64,000 nt of DNA, from assembly GCA_051313645.2 (NCBI GenBank), contig JBNRSN020000004.1:74152001-74216000 (forward strand), written 5' to 3'. Below are positions 12,751 through 25,884 of this stretch, in pieces. The stretch's first letter is position 1. Each line of letters starts with the position of its first letter. This stretch comes from Centroscyllium fabricii. Its lineage: Eukaryota. The translations under genes were made by a program, and so were the position numbers. The notes below the pieces were generated by a model. That model was not told the DNA's origin, searched no databases, and saw only the letters and a list, made by a program, of their open reading frames with translations.

Positions 12751-13165
12751 GGCGGCACGGTGGCATATTAGGGTGGCATGGTGGCGTAGTGGTTCGCACT
12801 GTTGCCTTACAACACTAGAGACCCGGGTTCAAATCCAGCCTCGGGTACTATCTGTGTGGAGTTTGCACATTCTCCCCGTGTCTGCGTGGGTTTCCTCCGG
12901 GTGCTCCGGTTTCCTCCCACAGTCCAAAGATGTGCCGGTTGGGTTGATTGGCCAGGATAAATTGACCCTTAGTGTTAGGGGGATTGAATATGTGGGGTTA
13001 CGGGGTTAGGGTGGGATATGTGTCAGTGCAGGCTTGATAGGGATGTGGGGACAGGGCAGGGATAGGGTGCTGGGTTTGGATAATCAGCCATGATCTCGTT
13101 GAATGGCGGAGCAGGCTCGAAGGGCCGAATGGCATACTCCTGCTCCTATCTTCTATGTTTCTATA
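12751..13165 (+). mobile_element. HE1/V-SINE-type SINE (5' head partly duplicated)
   Basis: Same body as 1573-1930. The head ggcggcacggtggc appears twice. Confidence 0.88.
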
Positions 13166-14820
13166 TATACACACACACACACCCCAAGAACAAACATGAC
13201 CCAACACTGGCACCTGGAATAAACCACTTCCAGCCCTTCTCGCTTTTCGACAGGCACTTACCCTAACTCTGTTTTTCCTGTCCAATCAACATTCTATCCA
13301 TTCTGCTGCACTTCCCCTTGCATCATTCATCTGAATTTAAACAAGACTCTCCAAATACTTTATTGAATAGCCTTTTAAATTAAAAAAAGGGATTACATTT
13401 ACTCCATTTCTTTCATCTATCTAATCAGTCACCTCTTCAAAGAAAGTTACATTATTTTTCAAACACAATTTCTTTATAAGAACATAAGAAATAGGAGCAG
13501 GAGTTGGCCATTCAGCCCTTCGAGCCTGCTCCGCCATTCAATGAGATCATGGCTGATCTTCTGCCTCAACTCCATTCACCGGCCCCATCGGCATACCCCT
13601 TGATGCCCTTACTAGTCAGAAATCTATCGACTTCTGTTTTGAATATACCCAATGACGGAGCCTCCACAGTCCTCTGGGGTAGAGAATTCCAAAGATTCAC
13701 CACCCTCTGTGTGAAGAAATGTCTTCTCATCTCAGTCCTGAATGGGCTACCCTTTATCCTGAGGATGTGGCCCCTGGTTCTAGACTCCCCAGCCAAGGGA
13801 AACATTCTCCCAGCATCCACCCTATCAAGCCCTGTAATAATGTTGTATGCTTTAATGAGATCCCCTCTCATTCTTCTGAATTCAAGAGAATACAGGCCTA
13901 GTTTACTCAATCTCTTCTCATACGACAGTCCCGCCAACCCAAGAACCCATCTCGTGAACCTTTGTTGCACTCCCTCTATGGCAAGTATATTGTTCCTTAG
14001 CTAAGGAGGCCAAAATTGTACACAGTACTCCAGGTGTGGTCTCACCAAGGCCCTATATAATTGGAGTAAGACTTCTTTACTCCTGTACTCAAATCCTCTT
14101 GTAATGAAGGCCAGCATACCATTTGCCTTCCTAATGGCTTTCTGCACCTGCACATTCACTTTCAGTGACTCATGTACATGGACACCCAGGTCCCCTTGAG
14201 CATCTGCATTCCCCAATCTTTCACCATTTAGGAAATACACTGCCTTTCTGTTTTTTTCTACCAAAGTGGATAATTTCACATTTATCCACATTATATTCCA
14301 TCTGCCATGTTCTCACCCACTCACTGAGCCTGTCGAGATCCCCTTGAAACCTCTTCACAATTGACACTGCCACCTAGCTTTGTATCATCAGCAAATTTGG
14401 AAATGTTACATTTAGTCCCCTCATCCAAATCATTGATGTAGATTGTGAATAGCTGGGGCCCAAGCACCGATCCTTGCGTTACCCCACCAGTCACAGCCTG
14501 CTATCCTGAAAAAGACCCGTTTATCCCTACTCTTTGTTTTCTGTTACTTAACCAATTCTCAATCTATGCTAGTATATTACCCTTAATTCCATGTGCCCTA
14601 ATATTGTTCACCAACCTCGTGTGTGGGACCTTATCGAAGGCCTTCTGAAAATCCAAATACACCACATCTACCGGTTCCCCTTTGTCTACTCCATTAGTTA
14701 CATCTTCAAAGAACTCCAAGAGGTTTGTCAAACAGGATATCCCTTTCATAAATCCATGCTGACTCTGCCCAATCTTACTATTAGTTTCTAAGTGCCCAGT
14801 TATTGCATCCTTTATAATAT

Positions 14821-15118
14821 AGGTCAGACTAAGGATAAGGGATAAGCCATTTAGGACAGGGATGAGGAGGAATTTCTTCACCCAGAGAGTGGTGAACCTG
14901 TGGAATTCTCTCGTACAGAAGGCAGTGGAGGCCAATTCATTAAATATATTCAAGAAGGAGTTGGATATATTCATTAAGGCTAAAGGGATCAAGGGATATG
15001 GAGAGAAAGCAGGAACAGGGTACTGAATTTGGATGATCAGCCATGATCTCATTGAATGGTGGAGCAGGCTCGAGGGGCCGAATGGCCTACTCCTGCTCCT
15101 ATCTATGTTTCTATGTTC
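14821..15118 (+). mobile_element. Short CR1 3'-end insertion nested antisense in a CR1
   Basis: ...aggaatttcttcacccagagagtgg...cctatctatgtttctatgt tail. The host sequence resumes at tccagcattttcc. Confidence 0.85.
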
Positions 15119-15481
15119 CAGCATTTTCCGAACTACTGATGTACGGCCAACAGGTTTGTAGTTCCCCGTTTTCTCTCACCCTCCTTTCTGAAATAGTGGG
15201 GTTACATTTGCTACCCTCCAATCTGCAGGAACCATTCCCGAATCTATAGAATTTTGGAAGATGGCAACCAATGCGTCCACTATCCCAACGGCCACCTCTT
15301 TCAAAACCCAAGGATGTAGGTCACCCAGTCCTTGGGATTTAACGACTTTTAGTCCCATTAATTTTGCTAGTACTGTTTTTTTACTAATAATAATTTCTTT
15401 AAGTTCCTCATTCTGGCCACACCCTTGGTTTTCTCGTATTTCTGTTTTTTTTTTGTGTCTTCCTCTGAAGACAAAAACAAA

Positions 15482-16259
15482 GGGGGGGGGGGGGGGGGGG
15501 GTGGATTTCATGTCCCCGTGAGGCGGGGTTTTCGGCGGCCCGGCTGGCAAAATAGCAGAACCGGCGGGTCCCGACCTCACCCGCCGCTTTCTCATTTTCC
15601 CCTGCTCAGATTCCCCGCCCGGAAACCTTCCCGCCGCCGGCCGGGATGGGTTGTCACGTCGTTAAGGGCCCTTAATTGGCATCTTTAATGCCATTTTAAG
15701 GGCCCTCAGCCATTTTGCCCTGTTTCCTGCCCTAACCCCGTCACCTTAAACCCCGCTGGGAGCACAGCGCTGGTTATTACTTTCTCCTTCAAGGTGAGAA
15801 GAACATGCTGCCAAATGCTTGGCATGCCTCCAGCACCTTAGAGGAGTAAGTAACTCCGTGCTGGCTGCAGCAGCTGAGAGCAGAAACTGAGAAACCTCAG
15901 CTCTGAACATTTCCTGACAGCCGGTGCGAGCTGTCAAGGATTTTGAGCCCGCCCGCCCGCCCACCTGTCAGTCACCAGCACTTGACCGTTCCCATTGGTT
16001 CCACTCGACTGTGATGTCACAGTGAAGTGTTTCCATGGGAACTGTCAACAACCAGTGCTGGAACTGTCAATCAAACTCCTCGCAGCCCTGATGCAGCCTG
16101 ACTCGATTGACTTAATTACCTCCCGCTGCCGCCAGCGGGGAATTTAACAGCCCAATTAAATTAAAATTATGTGGCCTTCCCAGCTGTTTGGGCGGGCGGG
16201 ACAGGAAGCCGCCCCGACCAATCCTCGCCAGGTTCCCGCCCTTCCGGCAAAGTCCCCCC
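15482..16259. mobile_element. GC-rich Harbinger-like MITE, copy 2
   Basis: Direct copy of 4238-4959 inserted in a CR1. Confidence 0.72.
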
Positions 16260-16679
16260 GAAAGTATTTATTTAATTTCTCTGCCATTTCCTCATTATAT
16301 ATTCTCCTGTCTCCGACTGTAAAGGACCTACATTTACCTTCGCCAGTCTTATCCTTCTCATACCTGCAGAAGGTTTTACAATCCGTTTTTATATTTTTCA
16401 CTAGCACAATCAAATTCTTGCCCTATTAACCCAGGCATTTCTAAACGTTCACTCATTTTGTATCGGTTTAAAGACTCGAGTTTATCCATACCCGACGTTA
16501 GACCAACTAGTTTAAAGTCACCCATTTATCTGCCTTTCATTTCACTGGCCACTCTCTAGGCCAATTATATAATTTGCATATTTGAGGACTGAAAATTGTG
16601 CTCAGAGCCTCTGCTGTCTCATCTCGGACTTCTTTTAACAACCTAGGGTGCACTCATCATAATAAAAAGGTTAGAAGAG

Positions 16680-17360
16680 AAGAAAAAAGGGAGTTTAAGA
16701 AGGCAAGGGTATGAAAAAAGATTAATTTGGATATCGGGGACACAAAAGTAGGGAGCACAGTTAACTACATGAGGACTCCAAACAATTTCAGGAAGACAGA
16801 TTAGTGCATTGAGTATATATGTGAAATTAACTTTAATGTTAGAAATGCAAGGTGATTAATTTCAGGAGGCTAAAAGCAGTCGAGGTAATCTGCACTAAAT
16901 GTCAAAAGTGGAAAATGAGTAGAAGATCACAGGGACTTAGGACATCAAATATATAAATCTTTAAAAATGGAAGGACAAGTTGATGAAGCCGTAAAAAAAC
17001 ATTGAATCTTAAGTTTTATAAATAGGGGTATAATAGGGGTATAGAGTACAAAAGCAAAGTAGTAATATTAAACCTACACAAATCATTGGCTAGGCTGCTG
17101 TTAGAATATGATGTCTGGTTTTGGGTGCCTTATTTTAATCAGGATGTCAATGCCAAGGAAGATGCAGAAGAGATTCGCTGAGATGATACAAAGAATGAGA
17201 GCCTTCAGTTATGAGAGGCTAGAGAAACTGAGTCTTACCATTAGAGCAAAGGCAGATAAGAGATAAAAGTGTTCAAAATTGAGGGGTTTTGACGAGGTGA
17301 CCTGGAAGAAACTGCATCAACTGGTCAGCAAGTAAGTAATTCGAGGGCATAAATTTGTCT
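16680..17360 (+). mobile_element. Old degraded CR1 fragment
   Basis: Eroded atagagtacaaaagcaaag...ttagaatatgatgtctggttttgg motifs. Confidence 0.65.
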
Positions 17361-17364
17361 GAAA

Positions 17365-17605
17365 TGGATGTAAACGAACCCCATGCCACTGTATGGAGAG
17401 GAGCAAGAGCATTCCTTGATGTCCTGGCTAACACTTATCCCTCAACCAACACTACCAGAACAGATTAACTGGTCATTTATCTCATCGCTGTTCGTGGGAC
17501 ATGGTTGCACGCAAAATAGCTGTTCCATTTGCCGACATAATAGTTGCTGTACTGCAAAAGCATTGGCTGTGAAGCACTTTGGGGTGTCTTTATAAATGCA
17601 AGTTT
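17365..17605 (+). mobile_element. DeuSINE (SacSINE1/AmnSINE1-like) fragment
   Basis: gtcctggctaacacttatccctcaaccaacac...ggtcatttatctcatcgctgttcgtggg Deu-like core and L2-type tail ...tataaatgcaag, matched from memory. Confidence 0.7.
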
Positions 17606-19663
17606 ATTCATTTGTTTCTTCATTGGGACTATTTTCATTGCAGTAGAGAATGCTAGGAGATATAATATAGGTTTGAAAATTGAGGATTTTAATTGGATGA
17701 AGAGAGAAATAACTATTCTTCTAGTTAGGGCATCAGTAATGAGATGTCAATCATTTAAAAGTCACTAAGAGAGTGAGGAGATGGGTAAGGAATAATGTCC
17801 TTCTGGAAAATCTGGTTTGAGAATGGAATGCCTTGCCACTGGGAGTAGTTGAGGCATTGCACCTTTAAAGGGAAGCGTAGACAAACATTTGAAGACACTG
17901 GGCTCTGGGGGGGAGCGCAGGGCAGTGGAAGCAGTTCTGGACTCCTCCAACCAAGAGCCAGAGCAGACAAGATGGGCTGAATGGCCTCATTCTGTAAACT
18001 TCTGAAAATAGTTAGGTAATTTTGAAAGGACCAGAACAATGAAAACATAGTGGGATATGGTTTCCCATATGATAGCTGTAGTAAATCATCAACATATTTA
18101 TAAAGAATGGTGCACAATTTCACTATAGCTAGTGCACACAGACGTATTTTAATCCAACCCGTCCTGGTATGCCAAATAGAAACCTGTAACAGTCCAACTG
18201 CAGCAGATGCCACACACACCAAACATACAATCATTTTCATTTTGCAAGCAATTTTTCAATGTTAATATTCATTAGATACCCCTTCACTGGAAAAAATGTA
18301 CCAAGAATTACTCTCAATAATTGACATTTTGACTCTGTGGATAATTCAAATACTTCAATAAGTAGTTTAAATGCAAATGCTGAATTTATTTGTTAACTGA
18401 ATTTACTGTTTAATTCATGGGCAGATCAACCAACGGCTAAGGCTAATGAATGGATATGAGGGACTTATTTCACAATTAACAGATTAACTGGATGATGCAG
18501 TCACTGCAACAAAGAAAATGCTGTGTAGTGCTCACACACAAAAAAGCAGTAATCAAAACAGATCCCTATAAACACTGGGATAAAATGTGCCCAGCAGAAA
18601 TTACCAGTGGCCTTCACAAGTTCAGAACTAATGCTGTGCAAATGTGTTCGGATTTCACCGTGATTTAAATTCCTCAGTCTTGATCATATCAGCTTCCATG
18701 GTTACATGACGTTCAGAATAAAATTCCATCTTCTAAAGCTTTCTCCAAACATGTATCAAGTGCTTAAATGTGTGTTTTCTAAAAAAAAGTGTCCATCGGT
18801 CTGAATAACACTGAAAAAAAGATTGATCACCTGCAATAACCAAAATAAAAAGACTTGGGGTCTGAGAAAAATATTCAAACCAGATTTAATAAAGAAAAAT
18901 GTACTTTTATTTCTGCAATTCTCTGTCAAATATTTTAAACTGGTTTTTAATGTTGTGGAGCAATCAATTTTATACAGGTGTCTTTTAATAACAAAGCACT
19001 TAAAAAAAAGGCTACTGTTTTGTATTTTTGAGCATTCTCAAAGTTAGTAATCTTCAGGCATAATTAGAGTAATTTCTCAAATTAGTCATGGGTGGTGTAA
19101 ACTTGCATCTAACAATTTATCAACAATAACAAAAAATTAAATATATTAAAATAAACAGCTCAATCAACTAAATTTAATGGCAATTAGATTTTGCACACAA
19201 GGCAGGCTGACAAGTTTGGCTGAAAATAAATAGTGGCAAGATGAACAGGATGTTGTTTAAAAAGGGCTAATAAATACATTGTTTGAAATGGATCCTCTTG
19301 CTGATGGAGTAATTGAAAGGCAGTTAACAGTTTCATTTTTTTGTTAGCCTAGTTCAGACAAATTTCAGGGTTGTTTTTCTAAGAAATATATATTTTCGAT
19401 ATGTGCAGAAAATTTCACGCACGTTCAGTTCTCTCCTCTCTCAATGCTTCACCCAATGGGGCCATTTTTAATGTACGCATTCAGAAGTGAATGTTGGCAA
19501 AGGATCAAGTTCCAGATAGTAAAAAATAATTTTAAGACACCAAAAAAACTGGTTGGCAAGTAACTGCCTATGCATGATCGAGTGACCATTTTATGGCTGC
19601 ACAGCATTGTATGCACAGGCCACCATATTGACCCAATCAACAATGTTAATCTGCCTAATAATG

Positions 19664-19878
19664 ATGTGTTGGACTGGGGTGGACAAATGCAAGAAGTCAC
19701 ACAACACCAGATTATAGTCCAACAGTTTTATTTTAAATCACAAGCTTTCGGAGCTTCTGCTCCTTCCTCAGGTGAAAGAGACTCTCTTTCACCTGACGAA
19801 GGGGCAGAAGCTCCAAAAGCTTGTGATTTAAAATAAAACCGTTGGACTATAATCTGGTGTTGTGTGACTTCTTGCATT
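19664..19878. mobile_element. Penelope-like element terminal fragment in inverted (palindromic) configuration
   Basis: About 100-bp arms, near-perfect palindrome 19681-19883. 12-bp TSD tgcctaataatg (19652-19663, 19879-19890). Resembles remembered chondrichthyan Penelope terminal repeats. Confidence 0.75.
19738..19775 (-). ncRNA. Minimal type-I hammerhead ribozyme motif (putative)
   Basis: Minus strand reads UCAC-CUGAGGA-A-GGAGC(AGAA)GCUCC-GAAA-GC-UU-GUGA: core CUGANGA/GAAA, 5-bp stem II, 4-bp stem I, palindromic AAGCUU in place of stem III. Confidence 0.6.
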
Positions 19879-19890
19879 TGCCTAATAATG

Positions 19891-20527
19891 TGCAATGGTA
19901 TGCTGGCCATCATTACAAGAGGATTTGAGTACAGGAGTAAAGAAGTCTTACTCCAATTATATAGGACCTTGGTGAGACCACACCTGGAGTACTGTGTACA
20001 ATTTTGGTCTCCTTACCTAAGGAAGGATATACTTGCCATAGAGGGAGTGCAACAAAGGTGCACGAGATGGATTTCTGTGATGGCGGGACTGTCGTATGAG
20101 AAGAGGTTGAGTAAACTAGGCCTGTATTCTCTTGCTTTCAGAAGAATGAGAATGGATCTCATTGAAGCACACAACATTATTACAGGGCTTGATAGGATGG
20201 CTGCTGGGAGAATGTTTCCCTTGGCTGGGGAGTCTAGAACCAGGGGCCACAGCCTCTGGGTAAAAGGTAGGCCATTCAGGACCGAGATGAGAAGACATTT
20301 CTTTACACAGAATCTTTGGAATTCTCTACCCCAGAGGGCTATGGAGGCTCAGTCATTGGGTATATTCAAAACAGAAGTCGATATTCTGACAAGTAAAGGC
20401 ATCAAGGGATATGACGATAGGGCCGTGAATGGAGCTGAGGCAGAAGATCAGCTATGATCTCATTGAATGGCGGAGCAGGCTCAAAGGGCTGAATGGCCTA
20501 CTCCTGCTCCTATTTCTTATGTTCTTA
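19891..20527 (+). mobile_element. CR1 LINE 3' fragment
   Basis: ORF 19864-20457 NGMLAIITRGFEYRSKEVLLQLYRTLVRPHLEYC; tail tatttcttatgttctta. Confidence 0.92.
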
Positions 20528-20857
20528 GTTCATATATTTATTTGCCTATATAACAATCAGTGATTACACTTCAAAAAGCAAGTGATTGGCTGTGAAGCAC
20601 GTTGGGAGGTCCTGAGGGAGTGAAAGGCACGATATATATATGCAAGTTCATTTTTCTTTAAGTAAAATTGTAACATTTTTCGAAAGCATTTTTGGGCCAC
20701 TTAATAAATAAATCTTTTAAATATCTTGGTCGGCTTGGTTACAAATACTCTCTAACTTACAAAGATAAACACACTGATACGTGCCCGCTATATGCGGTGG
20801 GGATTGTATGTGCCAACTTGATTTGCCAACTACACGCGGTGGCCAGTAAAGCTATCT

Positions 20858-21122
20858 GAATGACCCAAGACATTATAGCAGAGGTTAACCTGATCTCACG
20901 TTAAACATATCAGCTGATTCAAGCTGCTTGAAGTCTCCGCTATCCGACTGCTTTGGGTGGTCGGTAACAGTGCAAACAGCTGACTGAGGCTGCCTGAATT
21001 CCCCAGCAGCTATTCACGCTGTTAACAACTGCAGGGGACAGTAGAGACTTCGGGCAGCTTCAATCAACTAATACGTTTAACAGAAGATCGGGAACCTCTG
21101 CTACAGTGTCTTGGTGCTATTC
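20858..21122. repeat. ~265-bp imperfect palindrome (old foldback/MITE-like)
   Basis: gaatgacccaagacattatagcagaggtt...gaagtctc pairs with gagacttc...aacctctgctacagtgtcttggtgctattc. Inner arms taacagtgcaaacagctg / cagctattcacgctgtta. Confidence 0.8.
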
Positions 21123-21502
21123 ATGTCACTGCGGTCCTAACATCTGCCTGTTTATGTTGCAAACTGATTGGATGCAGCCACAAAGTTGACTTTTAAACAA
21201 TAAGTAAGTACAGAACTGCACAAAACAGCCAAGTGCGCTTAATACTTCTGAAGCAGCGCCATTGCAGCCGACACTTATGGCAGACAAATGGTTAGCCCCA
21301 TTTGCTTGACATAGACGGCTGTCCATGATAAGCGAGGACAGGGTATGTAGTGGGGAGACAGATTTACTATGCACCTGAAATTAAATCTTCAGGCAGTGCC
21401 TGTTCGAAGAGGCCAACGCAGTCGCCAATCAGAAAATCACAGATTTGTTTGAGGTTGGATTGCAAACTGGAAGAGGGCATTTAAACCACGCAGAGAAAGG
21501 AA

Positions 21503-24500
21503 TGGTGCAAGGGTCAATGATGTCTCTGAGCAGCTGCAGGGCATTCTGGAGGGGGAGGGTGAACAGCCAGCTGTCGTGGTGCACATAGGTACCAACGATA
21601 TAGGTACAAAATGGGATGAGGTCCTAAAAGCTGAATATAGGGAGTTAGGAGGTAAATTAAAAAATAGGACCTCAAAGGTAGTAATCTCAGGATTGCTACC
21701 AGTGCCACGTGCTAGTCAGTAGAAATAGAAGGATATTTCAGCTGAATTCGTGGCTAGAGGAATGGTGCAAGGGGGAGGGATCCAAATTCCTGGGACATTG
21801 GAACCGGTTCTGGGGGAGGTGGGACCATTGCAAACTGGACGGTTTGTCCCTGGGCAGGACCAGGACCGATGTCCTACGGGGAGTGTTTGCTAGTGCTGTT
21901 GGGGAGGGTTTAAACTAAAATGGCAGGGGGTTGGGAACTGTGCAAGGAGACAAAGGAAAGGGAAGCAAGGATAGAAGCAAAAGACAGGAAGGAGAAAAGC
22001 AAAAGTGGAAGGCAGAGAAATCAAGGGTGTAAATCAAACAGGGCCACAGTAAATAATAATTCTAAAAGGACTAAGTGTTGAAAAAACAAGCCTGACAGAT
22101 TTGTGGCTTAATGGGAGGAGCATTCGTAATAAGGTGGATAAATTAGCTGCGCAAATAGATGGAAACGGATATGCTATAATTGGGGATTACGGAGACATGG
22201 CTCCAGGGTGACCAAGGCTGGGAATTCAACATCCGGGGGATTCAATATTTAGGAAGGACAGGCAAAAAGGAAAAGGAGGTGGGGTAGCATTGCTGGTTAA
22301 AGAGGAGATTAACACAATAGTAAGGAAGGATATTAGCTCTGATGATGTGGAATCTGTGGGTAGAGCTGAGAAATACCAAGGGGCAGAAAACATTAGTGGG
22401 AGTTGTATACAGACCGCCAAACAGTAATGCTGAGGTTGGGGATGCCATTAACTCCAAACCAATGTCAACACCTTCACCGAAGTGTACAAGAGCATGTGCC
22501 TTACATTAAACATCCGTAAGGCAAAGGTCTTCTACCAAACTGCCCCCACCACACAGTACTGCCCGATTATCAAAATCCACGACAAGGCCTTGGACAACGT
22601 GGACCACTTTCCATACCTCGGGAGCTTACTGTCAGCAAGGGCAGATGTCGACGATGAAATCTAACACCGCCTTCAGTGTGCCAGTCCAGCCTTCAGTCGC
22701 CTGAGGAAGAGAGTGTTTGAAGACCAGGACCTCAAACCCGGCACCAACCTCATGGTCTACAGAGCAGTAGTGATACCCACTCTCCTGCATGCTTCAGAGA
22801 CATGGACCATGTACAGCAGGCACCGCAAAGCACTGGAGAGGTACCACCGATACTGCCTCCGCAAGATCCTGCAAATCCACTGGCAGGATAGGTGCACCGA
22901 CGTCAGTGTTCTTGCTCAGGCCAACATCCCCAGCATCGGAGCTTTGACCAAGCTCAATCAGCTCCGATGAGACTCCCAAAACAGGTGCTCCGCTTGCAAC
23001 TTCGGCACGGCAAGAGAGCCCCAGGTGGGCAGAAGAAACGCGTCAAGGACGTCCTCAAAGCCTCCTTGCCACCACCGACACCTGGGAATCCCTGGCCCAA
23101 GAACACACAAAGTGGACGAGAAGCATCCGGGAAGGCACCGAACACCGAGTCTCTTCGCCGGGAGCAAGCGGAAACCAAGCGCAAACAGCGGAAGGCGCGC
23201 ACGTCAACCCAAGCACCCCACCCACCCCCCCGCCCCATCAACCACCGTCTGCTCCACCTGTGACAGAGACTGTAGGTCCTGCATTGGACTCATCAGTCAC
23301 TTGAGAACACATTTTTAATGTGGAAGCAAGTCATCCGAGGGACGGCCCAAGAAGAAGGAGGAAACTGGAAATTAGAGACGCGTGCAATAAGGACATAGCA
23401 GTTATCATGGGTGACTTTAATCTACATATAGATTGGGCTAACCAAATTAGTAAAAATACTGTGGAGGAGGAATTCCTGGAGTGTATACAGGATGATTTCC
23501 TGGACCAATATGTCGAGGAACCAACTCGAGATCAGGTCATCTTAGACTGGGTATTATGTAATGAGAAAGGATTGATTAGATTAGCAATCTTGTTGTGCGA
23601 GGCCCCTTGGGGGGGGGGGGGGGGAGTGATCGTAATGATTAATTTCTTCATTAAGATGGAGAGTGAAGTAGTTGACTCAGAGGCTAGGGTCCTGAATTTA
23701 AATAAAGGAAACTACGATGGCATGAGGCGCGAGTTGGCTAGGATGGATTGGGGAACGTTACTTAAAGGGTTGACGGTGGATAAACAATGGCAAACATTTA
23801 AAGATCGCATGGATGAACTACAGAATTTGTTCATCCCTGCTTTGCATAAAAATTTAAAAAAGGTGGCGCGACCGTGGTTAACAAGGGAAATTAGGGATAG
23901 CATAAGATCCAAGCAGAGGACAAATAAATTGGCCAGAAAAAGCAGCAAACCTGAGGATTGGGAGCAGTTTAGGATTCAAAGGATGACAAAAGGATTAATT
24001 AAGAGGGGGAAAATAGAGTATGAGTGTAAGCTTTCAGGGAACATAAAAACTGACTGTAAAAGCTTCTATAGATATGCGAAGAGAAAAAGATTGGTGAAGT
24101 CAAGCATAGGTCCTTTGCAGTCAGGATCAGGGGAATTTATAATGGGGAACAAAGAAATGGGTGACCAATTAAATACACACTTTGGTTCTGTCTTCACAAA
24201 GGAGGACACAAATAACCTCCCAGAGATGTCGGGAACATAGGGTCTAATGAGAGAGGGGAACCAAATGAAATCAGTATTTGTAGGGAAATGTGTTCGGGAA
24301 ATTGACAGGATTGAAGGCCGATAAATCCCCAGGGCCTGATATTTTACATCCTAGGGTACTTAAGGAAGTGGCCCTAGAAATAGTAGATCCATTGCTGGTC
24401 ATCTTCCAAAATTCTATAGACTCTGGCACAGTTCCATGGATTGGAGGGTAGCTAATGTTACCCCACTATTTAAAAAGGATGGTAGAGATAAAGCGTGGAA

Positions 24501-25884
24501 TTCTAGACCGGTAAGCCTGACATCGGTAGTGGGGAAAATGCTAGAGTCCGTTATAAAAGATGCAATAGCGGAGCACTTGGAAAATAGTGACTGGATCGGA
24601 CAAAGTCAACATGGATTTACAAAAGGTAAATCGGGCTGGACTAATCTACTGGAATTTTTTGAGGATGTAACTGGTAGAATAGATGAGGGAGAACCAGTGG
24701 ATGTGGTGTATTTGGACTTTCAGAAGGCGTTCGATAAGGTCCCGCATAAGAGATTAGCGTGCAAAGTTTAAAGCACATGGGATTGGGGGTAAGGTACTGA
24801 CTTGGATAGAGAACTGGTTGGCAGACAGGAAGCAAAGAGTTGGATAAACTGTTCTTTTTCCGAGTGGCAGGCAGTGACTAGTGGGGTACTGCAGGGATCG
24901 GTGCTAGGACCCCAGCTCGTCACAATATATATTAATGATCTAGACGAGAGAACTAGATGTAATATCTCCAAGTTTGCAGACGACACAAAGCTGGGTTGGC
25001 GTGTGTGCTATGAGGAGGATGCAGAGAAACTCCAGTATGATTTGGACAGGTTGGCTGATTGGGCAGATGCAGTATAATGTGGATAAATGTGAGATTATCC
25101 ACTTTGCTGTCAAAAACAGGAAGGCAGATTATTATCTGAATGGCAATAGATTGGGAGAAGGGGAAGTGCAAAGAGACCTGGTTGTCCTTGTGCAGCAGTC
25201 GCTGAAGGTAAGCATGCAAATGCAGCAGGCAGTTAAGGCGGCAAATGGTATGTTGGCCTCCATAGCTAGAGGGTTAGAGTACAGGAGCAAGGCTGGCTTG
25301 CTGCAGTTGTACAGGGCCTTGGTGAGATCACACCTCGAGTATTGTGTGCAGTTTTGGTCGCCTTATCTGAGGAAGGATGTTCTTGCCATGGAGAGAGTGC
25401 AGCAAAGATTCACCAGACTGATGCCTGGGATGGCAGGAATGGCGTACGAGGAGAGATTGGGTCGATTGGGCTTATATTCGCTGGAGTTTAGAAGAATGAG
25501 AAGGGATCTCATTGAAACTTATAAAATTCTAACAGGACTAGACAGACTAGATGCAGGAAGGATGTTCCCAATGGCGGGGGAGTCCAGAACCAGGGGTCAC
25601 AGTCTAAGGATAAGGGTAAGCCATTTAGGACAGAGATGAGGAGGAATTTCTTCACCCAGAGTGTGGTGAACCTGTGGAATTCTCTACCACAAAAGGCAGT
25701 TGAGGCCAATTCATTAAATATATTCAAGAAGGAGATAAGATATATTTCTTAAGGCTAAAGGGATCAAGGGATATGGGGAGAAAGCAGGGCCAGGGTACTG
25801 AATTTGGATGATCAGCAATGATCTCATTAAATGTCGGAGCAGGTTCGAGGGGAAGAATGGCCTACTCCTGCTCCTATCTTCTAT
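21503..25884 (+). mobile_element. Long CR1/HER1 LINE (ORF1 end plus complete but disrupted ORF2 EN-RT) with nested RTE
   Basis: ORF1 VVVHIGTNDIG...VFASAVGEGLN; endonuclease ITETWL and IMGDFNLH; [30 protein letters not shown]; 3' tail. Multiple frameshifts. Confidence 0.95.
22452..23360 (+). mobile_element. RTE-clade LINE 3' fragment inserted in the CR1 endonuclease region
   Basis: VDHFPYLGSLLS, VYRAVVIPTLLHASETWT...CLRKILQIHWQDR, terminal CxxC..HxxxH (CSTCDRDCRSCIGLISHLRTH), (aag)n tail. Short aaact duplication at the flanks. Confidence 0.88.

Larger units (their letters stand above)
13478..16405 (-). mobile_element. CR1/HER1 LINE with nested insertions
   Basis: RT and C-terminal ORF pieces (WRVANVTPLF, YLDFQKAFDKVPH, RPHLEYCVQFW). 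Interrupted at 14821-15118 and 15482-16259. Confidence 0.92.

Noticed and set aside
19570-19913. Two opposite-strand ORFs with nearly the same peptide (QMQEVTQHQIIVQ...GAEAPKACDLK)
   Set aside because: A by-product of the DNA palindrome; no evidence of coding.
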